Numbered from the stretch's first letter, positions 1 through 9,211 are shown. The stretch is 16,937 nucleotides of DNA from Sulfurospirillum sp. (GCA_045047115.1 JASFYR010000003.1:1-16937); one strand, 5' to 3'. The notes: a model not told the origin generated them from the sequence alone. Program-made: numbers and translations.

Positions 1-196
1 TATAGTATTTAAATTAATCTCGATCCTTGCCAAATCTACGCAAAGCTCCTATTAAATTCCTCGCGACTAAAGCTAAGGCTGTCGCCTAGAAATTATAGTC
101 TCATGCCTCAGCACTTAGTCGCGTCTGTCAGCTAATCAAAGCTTGGGTTAAATTCTTAAATTTTTGTATCTCTAAACTTAGAGCTGTTTAAGAACC
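1..196. repeat. Structured non-coding intergenic element, possibly the right end of a MITE-like repeat (partial)
   Basis: No ORF. Imperfect hairpin CGCGACTAAAGCTAAGGC (62-79) / GCCTCAGCACTTAGTCGCG (105-123). Ends in a TIR-like AGAGCTGTTTAAGAACC directly at the mrp stop codon (TCA, 197-199). The other end is outside the window. Confidence 0.35.
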
Positions 197-1330
197 TCAA
201 CCACCACTTGTTGTAGAGCAAGCACTTGCCCCACCGTTTACACCGATAGTCGGCTGAATCGCCTCATTATCGACTCCACCCTCTTCGTTTACCTCTACTA
301 TGTAGTCCCAAAGCTTGCTGGCAGCTTCTTGGTATCTCTTTGCACTTTCGCTCTGTGGAGCATTGAATGTTATAGGTTTTCCTGCATCTCCGCCCTCTCT
401 GATAGCTGGTTCGATTGGAATTTCACCCAATATTTGAGTATCAAACTTTCTAGCCAAAGGCTCTGTTGTACCCTTGCCAAATATATCATACTCTTTGCCT
501 GTCTCAGGGCATATAAAGCCACTCATATTTTCCACGATTCCAGCTATCGGGATATGAAGTTTTTTAAACATATCCAAACTTCTCTCCGTGTCATCAAGTG
601 CTACGATTTGAGGAGTAGTTACACACACTCCGGCAGTCACAGGTACACTCTGAGCCAGAGTCAGTTGCGCATCTCCGGTTCCAGGAGGCATATCGATAAA
701 CAAAACATCCAAATCACTCCAAAGTATATCTCTTAAGAGTTGTTCTATCGCCTTCATGATCATAGCACCTCTCCAAATAAGAGATTGCCCCTCTTCCATG
801 AGACTTCCCATACTCATCATCTCAACGCCATCAACTAACATAGGCTTGACTTTGTTTCCTACGACTTCCGGATTTTTCCCTACTGCTCCCATCATACGAG
901 GTACATTTGGACCATATATATCTGAATCTAGTATTCCGACTTTTTTGCCTTGACTTGCGAGTGCGATAGCAAGATTTACAGTTGTGGTTGTTTTACCGAC
1001 TCCACCTTTTCCACTACTTACCATCACAAAGTTTTTGATTTGTGGAGCTATGTTTTTACCACTTTGAGAGTTACTTTTTTGAGCCGGTGCTTTTGGCTGT
1101 TTTACAGCTACATCTACTCTTTTGGCTCCTATGGCTGTCAGCTTTGCAGCAACATCATTTTTTAGCTGCGCTGCCACCTCTTCGCTCGATGAAACGATGT
1201 CAAGTTCTACATATACATTGTCATCTTTTACATCTATGACTTTTACAAAACCAAAAGAGACTATATCTTTTTCAAATCCGGGATATACTACTTCTTTCAG
1301 TTTTTCATTTACACTATTTTTATCTAACAT
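197..1330 (-). CDS. mrp: Mrp/ApbC/NBP35 family ATP-binding Fe-S cluster carrier protein
   Basis: N-terminal FeS-assembly-type domain, deviant Walker A SGKGGVGKT, DSDIYGPN, WRGAM, DMPPGTGD, VENMS motifs. RBS AAGGAG upstream. Confidence 0.95.
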   Translation of the reverse strand: MLDKNSVNEKLKEVVYPGFEKDIVSFGFVKVIDVKDDNVYVELDIVSSSEEVAAQLKNDVAAKLTAIGAKRVDVAVKQPKAPAQKSNSQSGKNIAPQIKNFVMVSSGKGGVGKTTTTVNLAIALASQGKKVGILDSDIYGPNVPRMMGAVGKNPEVVGNKVKPMLVDGVEMMSMGSLMEEGQSLIWRGAMIMKAIEQLLRDILWSDLDVLFIDMPPGTGDAQLTLAQSVPVTAGVCVTTPQIVALDDTERSLDMFKKLHIPIAGIVENMSGFICPETGKEYDIFGKGTTEPLARKFDTQILGEIPIEPAIREGGDAGKPITFNAPQSESAKRYQEAASKLWDYIVEVNEEGGVDNEAIQPTIGVNGGASACSTTSGG

Positions 1331-1352
1331 AAAATACTAACTCCTTATTTTT

Positions 1353-1436
1353 TTGGACATCTAACAATTGAATTTCTTGAGGCTCAGACCACAGGGAGGA
1401 TTTGTCCTCTAAGAAATCCAATTGTTAGATGTCCAA
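1353..1436. repeat. Long near-perfect inverted repeat in the mrp/ispDF divergent intergenic region
   Basis: TTGGACATCTAACAATTGAATTTCTT (1353-1378) pairs with AAGAAATCCAATTGTTAGATGTCCAA (1411-1436) with one mismatch, extended by GAGG/CCTC. Confidence 0.85.
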
Positions 1437-1529
1437 TATTTTTGATAATTGGAATTTAACACAAAAAAGATAAAAAAAAGCTTTGGTGGTGTATAATATT
1501 GTAACAATTTGATTAAAAAAGGACAAAAA

Positions 1530-2654
1530 TTGCCTGATTTGTCTCTTATTATGTTGGGAGCGGGAAATTCAACAAGATTTAACCATTTTGTCAAAAAACA
1601 GTGGCTCAGATTTGGACACACTCCACTCTGGCTTTTTTCGACAAAAAATATAGCCAAAAAGCTTGATTTTAGTAAAATTATAGTCGCTTGCTCATCTGAT
1701 GAAATTGAGTATATGAGGAAATTTGATGCTTCATATACATATGTCACCGGTGGAGCCAGCAGACAAAAATCACTCAAAAATGCACTTTTACATGTAGAGA
1801 CTCCCTATGTCTTGGTAAGCGATATAGCTAGAGTATGTATAGATAAAGAGATGTTAAAAAGAGTAAAAGAGAAAAGAGCTAAAAGCGATATAGTTGTACC
1901 ATATATAACAGTGAGTGACACAGTGGTTTATGGGGATGAAACGATAAACAGAGACAAAGTCAAACTCATACAGACTCCACAACTCTCAAAAACCTCTATT
2001 TTAAAAGAGGCGCTTGATACAGATATAAGCTATACTGACGACAGTAGTGCTATAAAAGCTATCGGCGGAAAAGTAACATATGTAAAAGGTGATGTCAGAG
2101 CCAAGAAGCTAACTTTTATAGAAGATTTGAGTGAGATTGCCTGCAAAGAAAAACCGGCAGGGGATACATTTGTGGGAAACGGTTTTGATGTTCATGGATT
2201 TGAGGATGGCAAAGTGATGATGTTAGGCGGTGTAAAGATTTCGGAAAATTTCGGTTTCAAGGCACATTCTGATGGAGATGTTGCTATTCACGCACTTATA
2301 GATTCGCTTTTGGGGGCTATCGGTGCTGGCGATATAGGTGATCTTTTTCCTGACAATGATGCTAGATTTAAAGATATAGACTCAAAAGAGTTGCTAAAAA
2401 ATGTGTATAGATTTGTAACAAGTGTCGGATATGAGATTGTTAATTGTGACATAACAATAATGGCTCAAACACCAAAACTAAAAAACTTTAAAGGCAAAAT
2501 GGCAACAGTTTTGGCAGAGATTTTACATGTGAAACCGATTTTTGTAAATATTAAAGCCACAACTACAGAAAATCTAGGCTTTATAGGAAGAAAAGAGGGT
2601 GTTGCGGTAAGTGCAACTTCTACATTAAGATATTGTGATTGGATGAAGATATGA
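1530..2654 (+). CDS. ispDF: Bifunctional IspD/IspF (MEP cytidylyltransferase / MEcPP synthase)
   Basis: N-terminal LGAGNSTRF..KKQW, IQTPQ and TDD motifs (IspD). C-terminal GNGFDVH, AHSDGDV, GDIG..FP and KATTTE.LGF.GR.EG motifs (IspF). Likely TTG start at 1530 after AAGGA. Confidence 0.97.
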   Translation: MPDLSLIMLGAGNSTRFNHFVKKQWLRFGHTPLWLFSTKNIAKKLDFSKIIVACSSDEIEYMRKFDASYTYVTGGASRQKSLKNALLHVETPYVLVSDIARVCIDKEMLKRVKEKRAKSDIVVPYITVSDTVVYGDETINRDKVKLIQTPQLSKTSILKEALDTDISYTDDSSAIKAIGGKVTYVKGDVRAKKLTFIEDLSEIACKEKPAGDTFVGNGFDVHGFEDGKVMMLGGVKISENFGFKAHSDGDVAIHALIDSLLGAIGAGDIGDLFPDNDARFKDIDSKELLKNVYRFVTSVGYEIVNCDITIMAQTPKLKNFKGKMATVLAEILHVKPIFVNIKATTTENLGFIGRKEGVAVSATSTLRYCDWMKI

Positions 2655-3538
2655 AGATTTTAATAGTTGAAAATGAGATTTACCTTGCGCAAAGCATAGC
2701 TTCAAAACTGACGGAAATTGGTTATAAATGTGACATTGCCACCACGGTTCAAGATGCCCTCAAGAGTGAAAAGTATGACTCTGTTCTTCTTTCTACAAAT
2801 ATCTCCGGGCAAAATTTCTATCCTGTTATAGAAAAGCACAAAGCTTCTATCATCATCCTGATGATTTCCTACATCAGTAACGATACGGTTTCCAATCCTA
2901 TAAAAGCAGGTGCAAACGACTATATACAGAAGCCTTTTATGATAGAAGAACTGGTTAGAAAGTTAAATCATCTAAGCGATTTTGATACTATAAAAAAAGA
3001 CAACAATACATATAAAAGATACTTGAAGCATATATTTGAGAGCACCAATGTGCCGGAGTTTAACAACAAGGTAAAATTTCCTGCCATCATCAAAACAAAC
3101 TCTCAAAAGATAGCAGATGCACTCGTATTTGAATACTGCGCAAATGTAAAAAAATCATTTACATTTATATCTTTGACGAGTTCAAACATAACAGAGCAGA
3201 TACTAAGAACAGAGAACGATGAGATTATATATCTCACCGAACTTCAAAAACTAAAAAAGAGTGAAAAAGCAAAACTATTTGAGAGCGTCTCTGATAGGCT
3301 TGTCTTTATGTCAACAACGGATTTGACAGAAAATGCACCATTTTTTTATATAGAATTAAATGACAACAGTAAGATTTTAAACCACGGAGAGATACTCTCT
3401 ATTGACGATTATGTTAAGTATATAATCTTAAATTTTCAAAATAAATTTCCCGATACAGAGCTATCAAAAAAATTAGGAATATCACGAAAAAGTCTTTGGG
3501 AAAAGAGGAAAAAATATGGACTCAACAAAAAGAAATAG
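2651..3538 (+). CDS. Atypical orphan response regulator, HP1021/Cj1608 type
   Basis: Receiver fold (KILIVENE...ANDYIQKPF) with the phospho-acceptor Asp replaced by Ser (VLLSTN). C-terminal Fis-like HTH (ELSKKLGISRKSLWEK). ATGA overlap with the ispDF stop, the synteny known from Helicobacter and Campylobacter. Confidence 0.9.
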   Translation: MKILIVENEIYLAQSIASKLTEIGYKCDIATTVQDALKSEKYDSVLLSTNISGQNFYPVIEKHKASIIILMISYISNDTVSNPIKAGANDYIQKPFMIEELVRKLNHLSDFDTIKKDNNTYKRYLKHIFESTNVPEFNNKVKFPAIIKTNSQKIADALVFEYCANVKKSFTFISLTSSNITEQILRTENDEIIYLTELQKLKKSEKAKLFESVSDRLVFMSTTDLTENAPFFYIELNDNSKILNHGEILSIDDYVKYIILNFQNKFPDTELSKKLGISRKSLWEKRKKYGLNKKK

Positions 3539-4709
3539 AAAAATAGTTATAGATTCACAAGCTTTAGCAACACTCTCTTTTGCACAAGAGGGTATATTTA
3601 GACCGGTTGACAAACTAATGAACAAAGAAGAAGCGATAGAAGTGGATAACACAAGATGCTATAAAGGCAAACCGTTTCCGTTTCCGTTTATACTTGCACC
3701 CTCCGGAGCAAAAAACGAAGAGGTTATAAGCACTGTCCAAAAGGGTGAAAAGATTGATATTGTGGTGGATAGAACTATAAGAGGATTTATCATAGCTGAT
3801 GGTTTTTTTGAGATAGACAGACGAAAGAGAATCGAACAGATTTTTGGCAACTATGACACACAAAATCCGGCCACCAGAGCATTTTTGGGCAGACTTGGCA
3901 AATACTCCATATATGGCAAATACAGTGTGGATTATGATGGCATAAGAAATGTTAAAAAAGAGATAAAAGACGCCATTAAATCAAGTGGTGCCAAAAGTGT
4001 AGCAGCTATCATGATGGATGCAAGACCATTTCACAGAGCCCACGAGAGACTTCTTAGAATTACACTCGAAAGAACTGATCTCGTGGTAGTTTTTCTCAGT
4101 AAACACCATAAAAAAACAGATAAAATATCCTATGAAGCAAAAAGTGACATACTAAAATACGCCATAGACAACTATTTGCCAAAAAACAGGGTCTTAGTTG
4201 TACCTTTTGAGAGTACCTATCTTTTTGCCGGCTACAACGATGCTATCTTGGACTGTATATGTGCAAACAACTTTGGCTGCAACAAGTTTATAATTGGAAA
4301 CAACCACACTGGAATCGGACTATATTACGACAAAAATGAGATAAAATCCATACTCAGCAAATACGAATCCTTAGACATCGATATAGAGGTAATCTCAAAA
4401 TTTGTATATTGTCAAGACTGCAAAACACTTGTAAATACAAGTACCTGTCCTCATGGACCTCACAGACATATCAAATACAATTCAAAAGCTCTTAGAAGAT
4501 TTTTTCGGGTTGGCATGCTTCCGCCTGCAGTTCTTATGAGAACCGACATATCTTCCAAATTTTTAAGCGCCTGCATTCCAAACAGATTTGAAAATATAAA
4601 TACACTGTATGATGATGTTTTTCCAAACAGCGGATTACTTGAAGACCACAGCGAGGAGGAGTTTTATCTAAATCTTATGAAACTCCACCAAACAACATCA
4701 CTCACATAA
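3516..4709 (+). CDS. Divergent sulfate adenylyltransferase (ATP sulfurylase)-like protein, Cj1609 type
   Basis: PUA-like N-terminus (EG.F.PV..LM), HRAHE nucleotidyltransferase motif, NFGC..FIIG..H.G, zinc site CxxC..CPH. Conserved position between the regulator and pgpA. Confidence 0.85.
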   Translation: MDSTKRNRKIVIDSQALATLSFAQEGIFRPVDKLMNKEEAIEVDNTRCYKGKPFPFPFILAPSGAKNEEVISTVQKGEKIDIVVDRTIRGFIIADGFFEIDRRKRIEQIFGNYDTQNPATRAFLGRLGKYSIYGKYSVDYDGIRNVKKEIKDAIKSSGAKSVAAIMMDARPFHRAHERLLRITLERTDLVVVFLSKHHKKTDKISYEAKSDILKYAIDNYLPKNRVLVVPFESTYLFAGYNDAILDCICANNFGCNKFIIGNNHTGIGLYYDKNEIKSILSKYESLDIDIEVISKFVYCQDCKTLVNTSTCPHGPHRHIKYNSKALRRFFRVGMLPPAVLMRTDISSKFLSACIPNRFENINTLYDDVFPNSGLLEDHSEEEFYLNLMKLHQTTSLT

Positions 4710-4712
4710 GGA

Positions 4713-5186
4713 TTGAACTTGCAAAAACTTTTTTTAACTTTTTTTTATAGCGGATTATCTCCCTATGCCCCAGGAACTGCGGGAAGCATACTGGCAGGAT
4801 TCATCGGGTTTGTAATTTTACAGTATTTTCATACAGACACACTGTTTCTACTCACCATACTCATAACCCTCATAGCTATAGCAGAAATAAACAAATATGA
4901 AGCAAGAACAAGCTCACATGATGACAAAAGCATAGTTATAGATGAAGTTGTAGGACTTTGGCTTGCTTTTGTTTTGAGCTCCACAACTATCACTCAGATG
5001 CTTCTGAGCTTTGTTTTTTTTAGAATTTTTGATATATGGAAACCCTCTTTGATAGGTAAAATCGATAAAAATGTAAAAGGCGGTTTGGGTGTAATGGGGG
5101 ATGATATACTAGCTGGTATCTTGGCGGGCATCTGCAGTGCCGGCAGTTGGCAAGCGATAGAGTATATAATAGGACACATAAAATGA
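4713..5186 (+). CDS. pgpA: Phosphatidylglycerophosphatase A
   Basis: G.SP.APGT.GS, HD.K.IVIDEV.G, FR.FDI.KP and GG.GVM.DD motifs. Confidence 0.95.
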   Translation: MNLQKLFLTFFYSGLSPYAPGTAGSILAGFIGFVILQYFHTDTLFLLTILITLIAIAEINKYEARTSSHDDKSIVIDEVVGLWLAFVLSSTTITQMLLSFVFFRIFDIWKPSLIGKIDKNVKGGLGVMGDDILAGILAGICSAGSWQAIEYIIGHIK

Positions 5187-5383
5187 CAAAACTTGTAGAT
5201 ACGATACTTGACTTTGCGATTATTGTCGGTATCAGCTTGGTGGTTTTCTATGGACTCTCTTATTTAGGCGCGCCCTTGTGGCTCAGTTTGGGCTTAGTTG
5301 CGATCTGGGGCGGATATACCGGATATAGACCAAAAGCAGTAAGAAAATACTTTAAATTTTTATATAAAGATGGTGAAAAATAA
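5183..5383 (+). CDS. Small hypothetical membrane protein (66 aa, two hydrophobic segments)
   Basis: ATGA overlap with the pgpA stop, AGGA RBS, and its stop overlaps the modE start (TAATG). Confidence 0.7.
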   Translation: MTKLVDTILDFAIIVGISLVVFYGLSYLGAPLWLSLGLVAIWGGYTGYRPKAVRKYFKFLYKDGEK

Positions 5384-6156
5384 TGCACATCGACAGTAGC
5401 CTCTGGCTAGATAAAGGTAAAAAGGGATTTCTTGGCAAAGGCCGCATAGAGCTTCTTAAAAATATAGATACCTATGGTTCACTCTCAAAAGCTGCAAAGG
5501 CCATGAATATGAGCTATAAGGCCGCATGGGACTCTCTAAATGAGATGAAAAATCTTTCAAGTAAAGAGCTTATAATCTCAAGTACAGGTGGAAGTGGCGG
5601 GGGTGGAAGCAAACTGACAAAGAATGCAAAAGAGTATATAAAGATATATGATTTACTCTTCAAGTCACAGCAAGAGTTTCTAAAAGCCATAGAATCACAT
5701 ACCAAAAGTTTTTCAGATTTACAGATTTTTTTGCAAAGAAGTTCTCTAAGAACAAGCGCAAGGAATCAACTCTTTGGAAAAGTCCAAGAAGTTATAGCAG
5801 GCTCAATCAGCTCAAAAATTTTAATCTCTATAAACGAAAATATAGATATTTACTCATCTATCACAAATCAAAGTATCAAAGAGCTTGGCATAAAAAGAGG
5901 AAAAAATGTTTTTGTGCTCATAAAAGCACCTTGGGTAAAAATCTCCAAAGAAAAAAAAGATGATGAAAATCAGATAGAGTGCACAATTCAAAACATAAAA
6001 ATAGAAGATGCTTTAGTAGAGCTAACGCTTCAAGCAAGCCCCGCTATCTCACTAATCTCAGTTATGCAAAGTGAAAAATTTGAGTCCCTGCATGTAAAAC
6101 AAGACGAAAAAATAATCGCATCATTTAAGCCAAACGATACGATTATCGGAGTCTAA
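5383..6156 (+). CDS. modE: ModE family molybdate-responsive regulator with TOBE domains
   Basis: N-terminal wHTH GSLSKAAKAMNMSYKAAWD, GG.GGGGS.LT loop, TSARNQL motif and two TOBE domains (IKAPWV). Confidence 0.92.
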   Translation: MHIDSSLWLDKGKKGFLGKGRIELLKNIDTYGSLSKAAKAMNMSYKAAWDSLNEMKNLSSKELIISSTGGSGGGGSKLTKNAKEYIKIYDLLFKSQQEFLKAIESHTKSFSDLQIFLQRSSLRTSARNQLFGKVQEVIAGSISSKILISINENIDIYSSITNQSIKELGIKRGKNVFVLIKAPWVKISKEKKDDENQIECTIQNIKIEDALVELTLQASPAISLISVMQSEKFESLHVKQDEKIIASFKPNDTIIGV

Positions 6157-6896
6157 CCTATCTCTTTTGTTTTCTCATAAGATGCACGCATCGCTTTTAT
6201 AAAGCTGTCTCTTACACATCCTTCTTCAAGCTTGGCAATACCGGCTATAGTAGTTCCGTTTGGAGAAGTTACTTTGTCTTTTAAGATAGCTGGATGCTCA
6301 TCTCTTAAAACTGTTCCCACCCCCTCAAACAGTGCTGCTATATACTTATAACTTATATCTCTCTTTAGCCCCAGATTTACCGCACCATCACTCAAAGCTT
6401 CTGCCACAAGAGCTATCCATGCAGGTGCACTTCCTGCAAGTCCTGTTGCAATTTCAAGCTCATTTTCACTCTCCAGCCAAAAACACTCACCAAATGAACC
6501 CAAAATTTTCATAGCATCATCTTTTAACTCACCATCTCCACAAAGTGAAGTAGCAGATTTTTGCACAAGTGCTGCCATATTTGGCATGGCCCTAACATAG
6601 TATTTGGCATCTATTTTACTCTTCAGTTTCTCCAGCTTAGTACCTGCCAGTATAGAGACAAGTCCCTCTGCCCTACCCTCTACATGTAGAGAATCGAGAG
6701 ATTGAGGCTTTATGGCTAAAATGACTATAAAACTATCAAGTGATGGAATTGCATCTATAATTTTAAGATTTGGGTATATACTTTTCAGCTCATCAACTCT
6801 TTTTGGATGTGCTTCAACCACAGTGATATCATACGACTGCAAACCCTGAAGCATAGCTCCGCCCATATTTCCTGCACCAATCAATAACAACTTCAT
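6153..6896 (-). CDS. proC: Pyrroline-5-carboxylate reductase
   Basis: IGAGNMG, LAIKPQ, VSILAG, RAMPN, GSAPA and VTSP.GTT motifs. Confidence 0.95.
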   Translation of the reverse strand: MKLLLIGAGNMGGAMLQGLQSYDITVVEAHPKRVDELKSIYPNLKIIDAIPSLDSFIVILAIKPQSLDSLHVEGRAEGLVSILAGTKLEKLKSKIDAKYYVRAMPNMAALVQKSATSLCGDGELKDDAMKILGSFGECFWLESENELEIATGLAGSAPAWIALVAEALSDGAVNLGLKRDISYKYIAALFEGVGTVLRDEHPAILKDKVTSPNGTTIAGIAKLEEGCVRDSFIKAMRASYEKTKEIG

Positions 6897-7160
6897 TTTA
6901 TTACTCCTCTTTTATAGAATTATATCAAATCATCGCTTAGTAAGTTTTTTAGGAGATGAAAATATATTTACTGTCAAGTTGATTAATTCTAGTATTGTGA
7001 ATATTAACAACAGCTGAATAGTTGCTTGTTAAATATCTTTTTCAAGAGGAATTTTGTCTTAGTTGCTGAATTTTCTTTTATATCTGCTTCCTCTTTTGTA
7101 ACCATATCAAATACCCGTCCATTGCTTGTTTATCACATATTTTTTACATTATACCCAATC

Positions 7161-8381
7161 TCAAAGAGAACCTGCTAAATATCCGCTTGAAAAGGACCAT
7201 TGTAAATTGTATCCACCACAAGGTCCGTCCAAATCAACAACTTCTCCACAAAAATACAAACCTTTTACAAACTTGCTTTGCATGGTTTTTGGATCTATCT
7301 CTTTGAGCTTCACTCCGCCTTTTGTAATCATGGCCTTTTGAAATCCGTCATGAGAGATGACACTTAAAGGTGTCCAGGCTAAAAGCTTGATAAGTTCATC
7401 TCTTTTTACAGCTTTAATCTGTGCATATCTACTGTCTGTCTCTATATGCGCAAGTTCACACAACTCCTGACTTGCAGACTTTGGCAAAAGTTTGCCAAGA
7501 AGCTCTAAAATACTCTGGTTAGACTTTTCATGATTTTGAATGCTAAGAAAATTTCTAATATCCTCTTCGTTCATGCCTTTTGTCATATTTACCAACAGCG
7601 GAACTTTTGTATATGTTTTCAAAAGAGGTGTAACATATGTCGCAAAATCCAAAACAACAGGACCTCTTATACCGTTTTTTGTAAAGATAAGATCACCAGT
7701 CTTTTGGTATTTTTTCATTTTTGGCAGATTTATCTTCAATGTAGCTTTTGCTATAGTGTCAGCTCGGCAATTTTGTACCCATTTCTCCTCTACATGCAGA
7801 GGCAACATAGCAGGGTGCAATTCACTGATACTATGGCCAAAAGATTTTGCAAATCTGTAGCCATCGCCACTAGATCCCAGTACACTATACCCCAATCCAC
7901 CTGTAGCGACAATCACATTTTTTGCTTTAAAAGTGTTATCGTTGGTTTTAATGAAAAACAAATTTTCTTTTTTGTAAATATGTTGAACATTTTGGGTGCA
8001 TCTTACCTCAACACCAACTTTTCTCATCTTGTTACCTAAAACATCTAAAACACTTTTTGAGTCATGTGTGAAAGGAAAAACTCTAAAACCGTCCGGAGCG
8101 TGGGTCTTGAGTCCTATATCTTCTAGAAAATTCACCAAATCACGCGAATCAAACATACTCAATGCATCTCGCATAAATCTGCCTTGCTTGCCAAAAGAGT
8201 CTATAAATTCCTCTCTGTCCAAAGTGTTCGTAATGTTACATTTGCCACCGCCCGTAGCTTTGAGTTTTAGTCCTACAGCAGACATTTTTTCCAGAAGCAA
8301 AACTTTTTTCCCATCCCCTGCAGCAGTTATAGCACTCATCATACCGGCAGCTCCAGAGCCTACAACTGCTACATCATACAC
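7161..8381 (-). CDS. HI0933/YhiN (BaiN-like) NAD(P)/FAD-dependent oxidoreductase
   Basis: GSGAAG, K...TGGG.CNITN, ATGG..Y...GS.GDGY, T.GGV and GE.VD.DG..GGYNLQ..FSSG motifs. Confidence 0.93.
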   Translation of the reverse strand: MYDVAVVGSGAAGMMSAITAAGDGKKVLLLEKMSAVGLKLKATGGGKCNITNTLDREEFIDSFGKQGRFMRDALSMFDSRDLVNFLEDIGLKTHAPDGFRVFPFTHDSKSVLDVLGNKMRKVGVEVRCTQNVQHIYKKENLFFIKTNDNTFKAKNVIVATGGLGYSVLGSSGDGYRFAKSFGHSISELHPAMLPLHVEEKWVQNCRADTIAKATLKINLPKMKKYQKTGDLIFTKNGIRGPVVLDFATYVTPLLKTYTKVPLLVNMTKGMNEEDIRNFLSIQNHEKSNQSILELLGKLLPKSASQELCELAHIETDSRYAQIKAVKRDELIKLLAWTPLSVISHDGFQKAMITKGGVKLKEIDPKTMQSKFVKGLYFCGEVVDLDGPCGGYNLQWSFSSGYLAGSL

Positions 8382-8384
8382 TGT

Positions 8385-8939
8385 TTATACTTTTTTCAAA
8401 AATTCAGTCTTTAGGTAAATTTTTGTGCCATTTACTCTGCCCTCTATGTGACCTTCCACATCATTCGGAATCGAGATATTTCGCACTGTTGTTCCTCTCT
8501 TAGCAGTAAATCCTGCACCCTTAACATCCAAATCTTTTAAAATAACCACACTATCTCCTGCTTTTAAAGTAGTCCCATTTGCGTCTTTTACGACAACTTC
8601 ATCCGCACCCTCCAAACCTGACTCGGCCCATTTTTTTTCATCATCTTCAAGATAGATTATATCTAGCAAATCTTGGCGATTTAATTTGCTAAGGAGTCTA
8701 AAAGCCATAACTTTTACAGCAGAAACCTCACTCCACATACTGTCATTTAAGCAGTTCCAGTGGGTTTCGTCCATGGCATCAGGATTTTCAATTTGATCTG
8801 CACATGTTGAGCATATCAAAATAGACTCTTCCAAACTTCCGTTCGACGGAGTAACCTCATAAACATCTAAGTTTTCACTACTTCCACAAAGTTCACAAAC
8901 TCCACCACTTCTTTTTTCCAACTCTTTTAATATAGACAT
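8385..8939 (-). CDS. phnA: PhnA domain protein (long form)
   Basis: N-terminal CELC/CxxC, HW.CL..SMWS, C-terminal KDANG..L..GDSV..IKDL.VKG..F.AKRGT.VRNI. Likely ATG at 8939. Confidence 0.88.
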   Translation of the reverse strand: MSILKELEKRSGGVCELCGSSENLDVYEVTPSNGSLEESILICSTCADQIENPDAMDETHWNCLNDSMWSEVSAVKVMAFRLLSKLNRQDLLDIIYLEDDEKKWAESGLEGADEVVVKDANGTTLKAGDSVVILKDLDVKGAGFTAKRGTTVRNISIPNDVEGHIEGRVNGTKIYLKTEFLKKV

Positions 8940-9031
8940 ATATCTTCCCTTGTATGTATTGTAGGTTTTTATTTTAGCAAAAAGTAGCAAAAAAATTGAT
9001 AATTTAGATACAGAAGTGAAAAATTGGGCAT

Positions 9032-9065
9032 AAAAAAAGCGTTCGAGGTGGGCATCTCGAACGCT
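9032..9065 (-). terminator. Rho-independent terminator
   Basis: Perfect 10-bp stem AGCGTTCGAG/CTCGAACGCT with an 8-nt loop, followed by a T-tract on the minus strand. Confidence 0.85.
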
Positions 9066-9115
9066 GATTTTAAAAAAATATATTCGTTTTCTAAAAAGGA
9101 GGGTTGCGTCTTGGT
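9032..9115 (-). ncRNA. Putative ~84-nt trans-acting sRNA with anti-Shine-Dalgarno motif
   Basis: Minus strand: TATAAT (9127-9122), then ACCAAGACGCAACCCTCCTTTTT, then a strong terminator. No ORF on this strand. Confidence 0.55.
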
Positions 9116-9211
9116 AGTGAAATTATATGATTAAAGCTTAAACAAATAGTAAGCTTTTATAAATAAAAGGTAAATACAACTTATATTTATCCCCAGAAAA
9201 TTGCCGGATAC

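Noticed and set aside
1..196. tRNA, tmRNA or other known structural RNA
   Set aside because: No cloverleaf, T-loop or CCA end, or other family motif that I can recognise.
1359..1430. attC site (ATCTAAC...GTTAGAT)
   Set aside because: The spacer next to the core pairs perfectly and pairing continues outside the cores, unlike attC. It lies between divergent core genes, far from the array.
329..8418. Antisense and alternative-frame ORFs overlapping core genes (e.g. 329-736, 1409-1777, 7530-8039, 7996-8418)
   Set aside because: They are shadows of well-supported genes and show no motifs.
9095..9133. Plus-strand RBS AAAGGAGGG with a tiny ORF
   Set aside because: It gives only about 7 codons from a TTG. 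The promoter and terminator polarity favour a minus-strand RNA.
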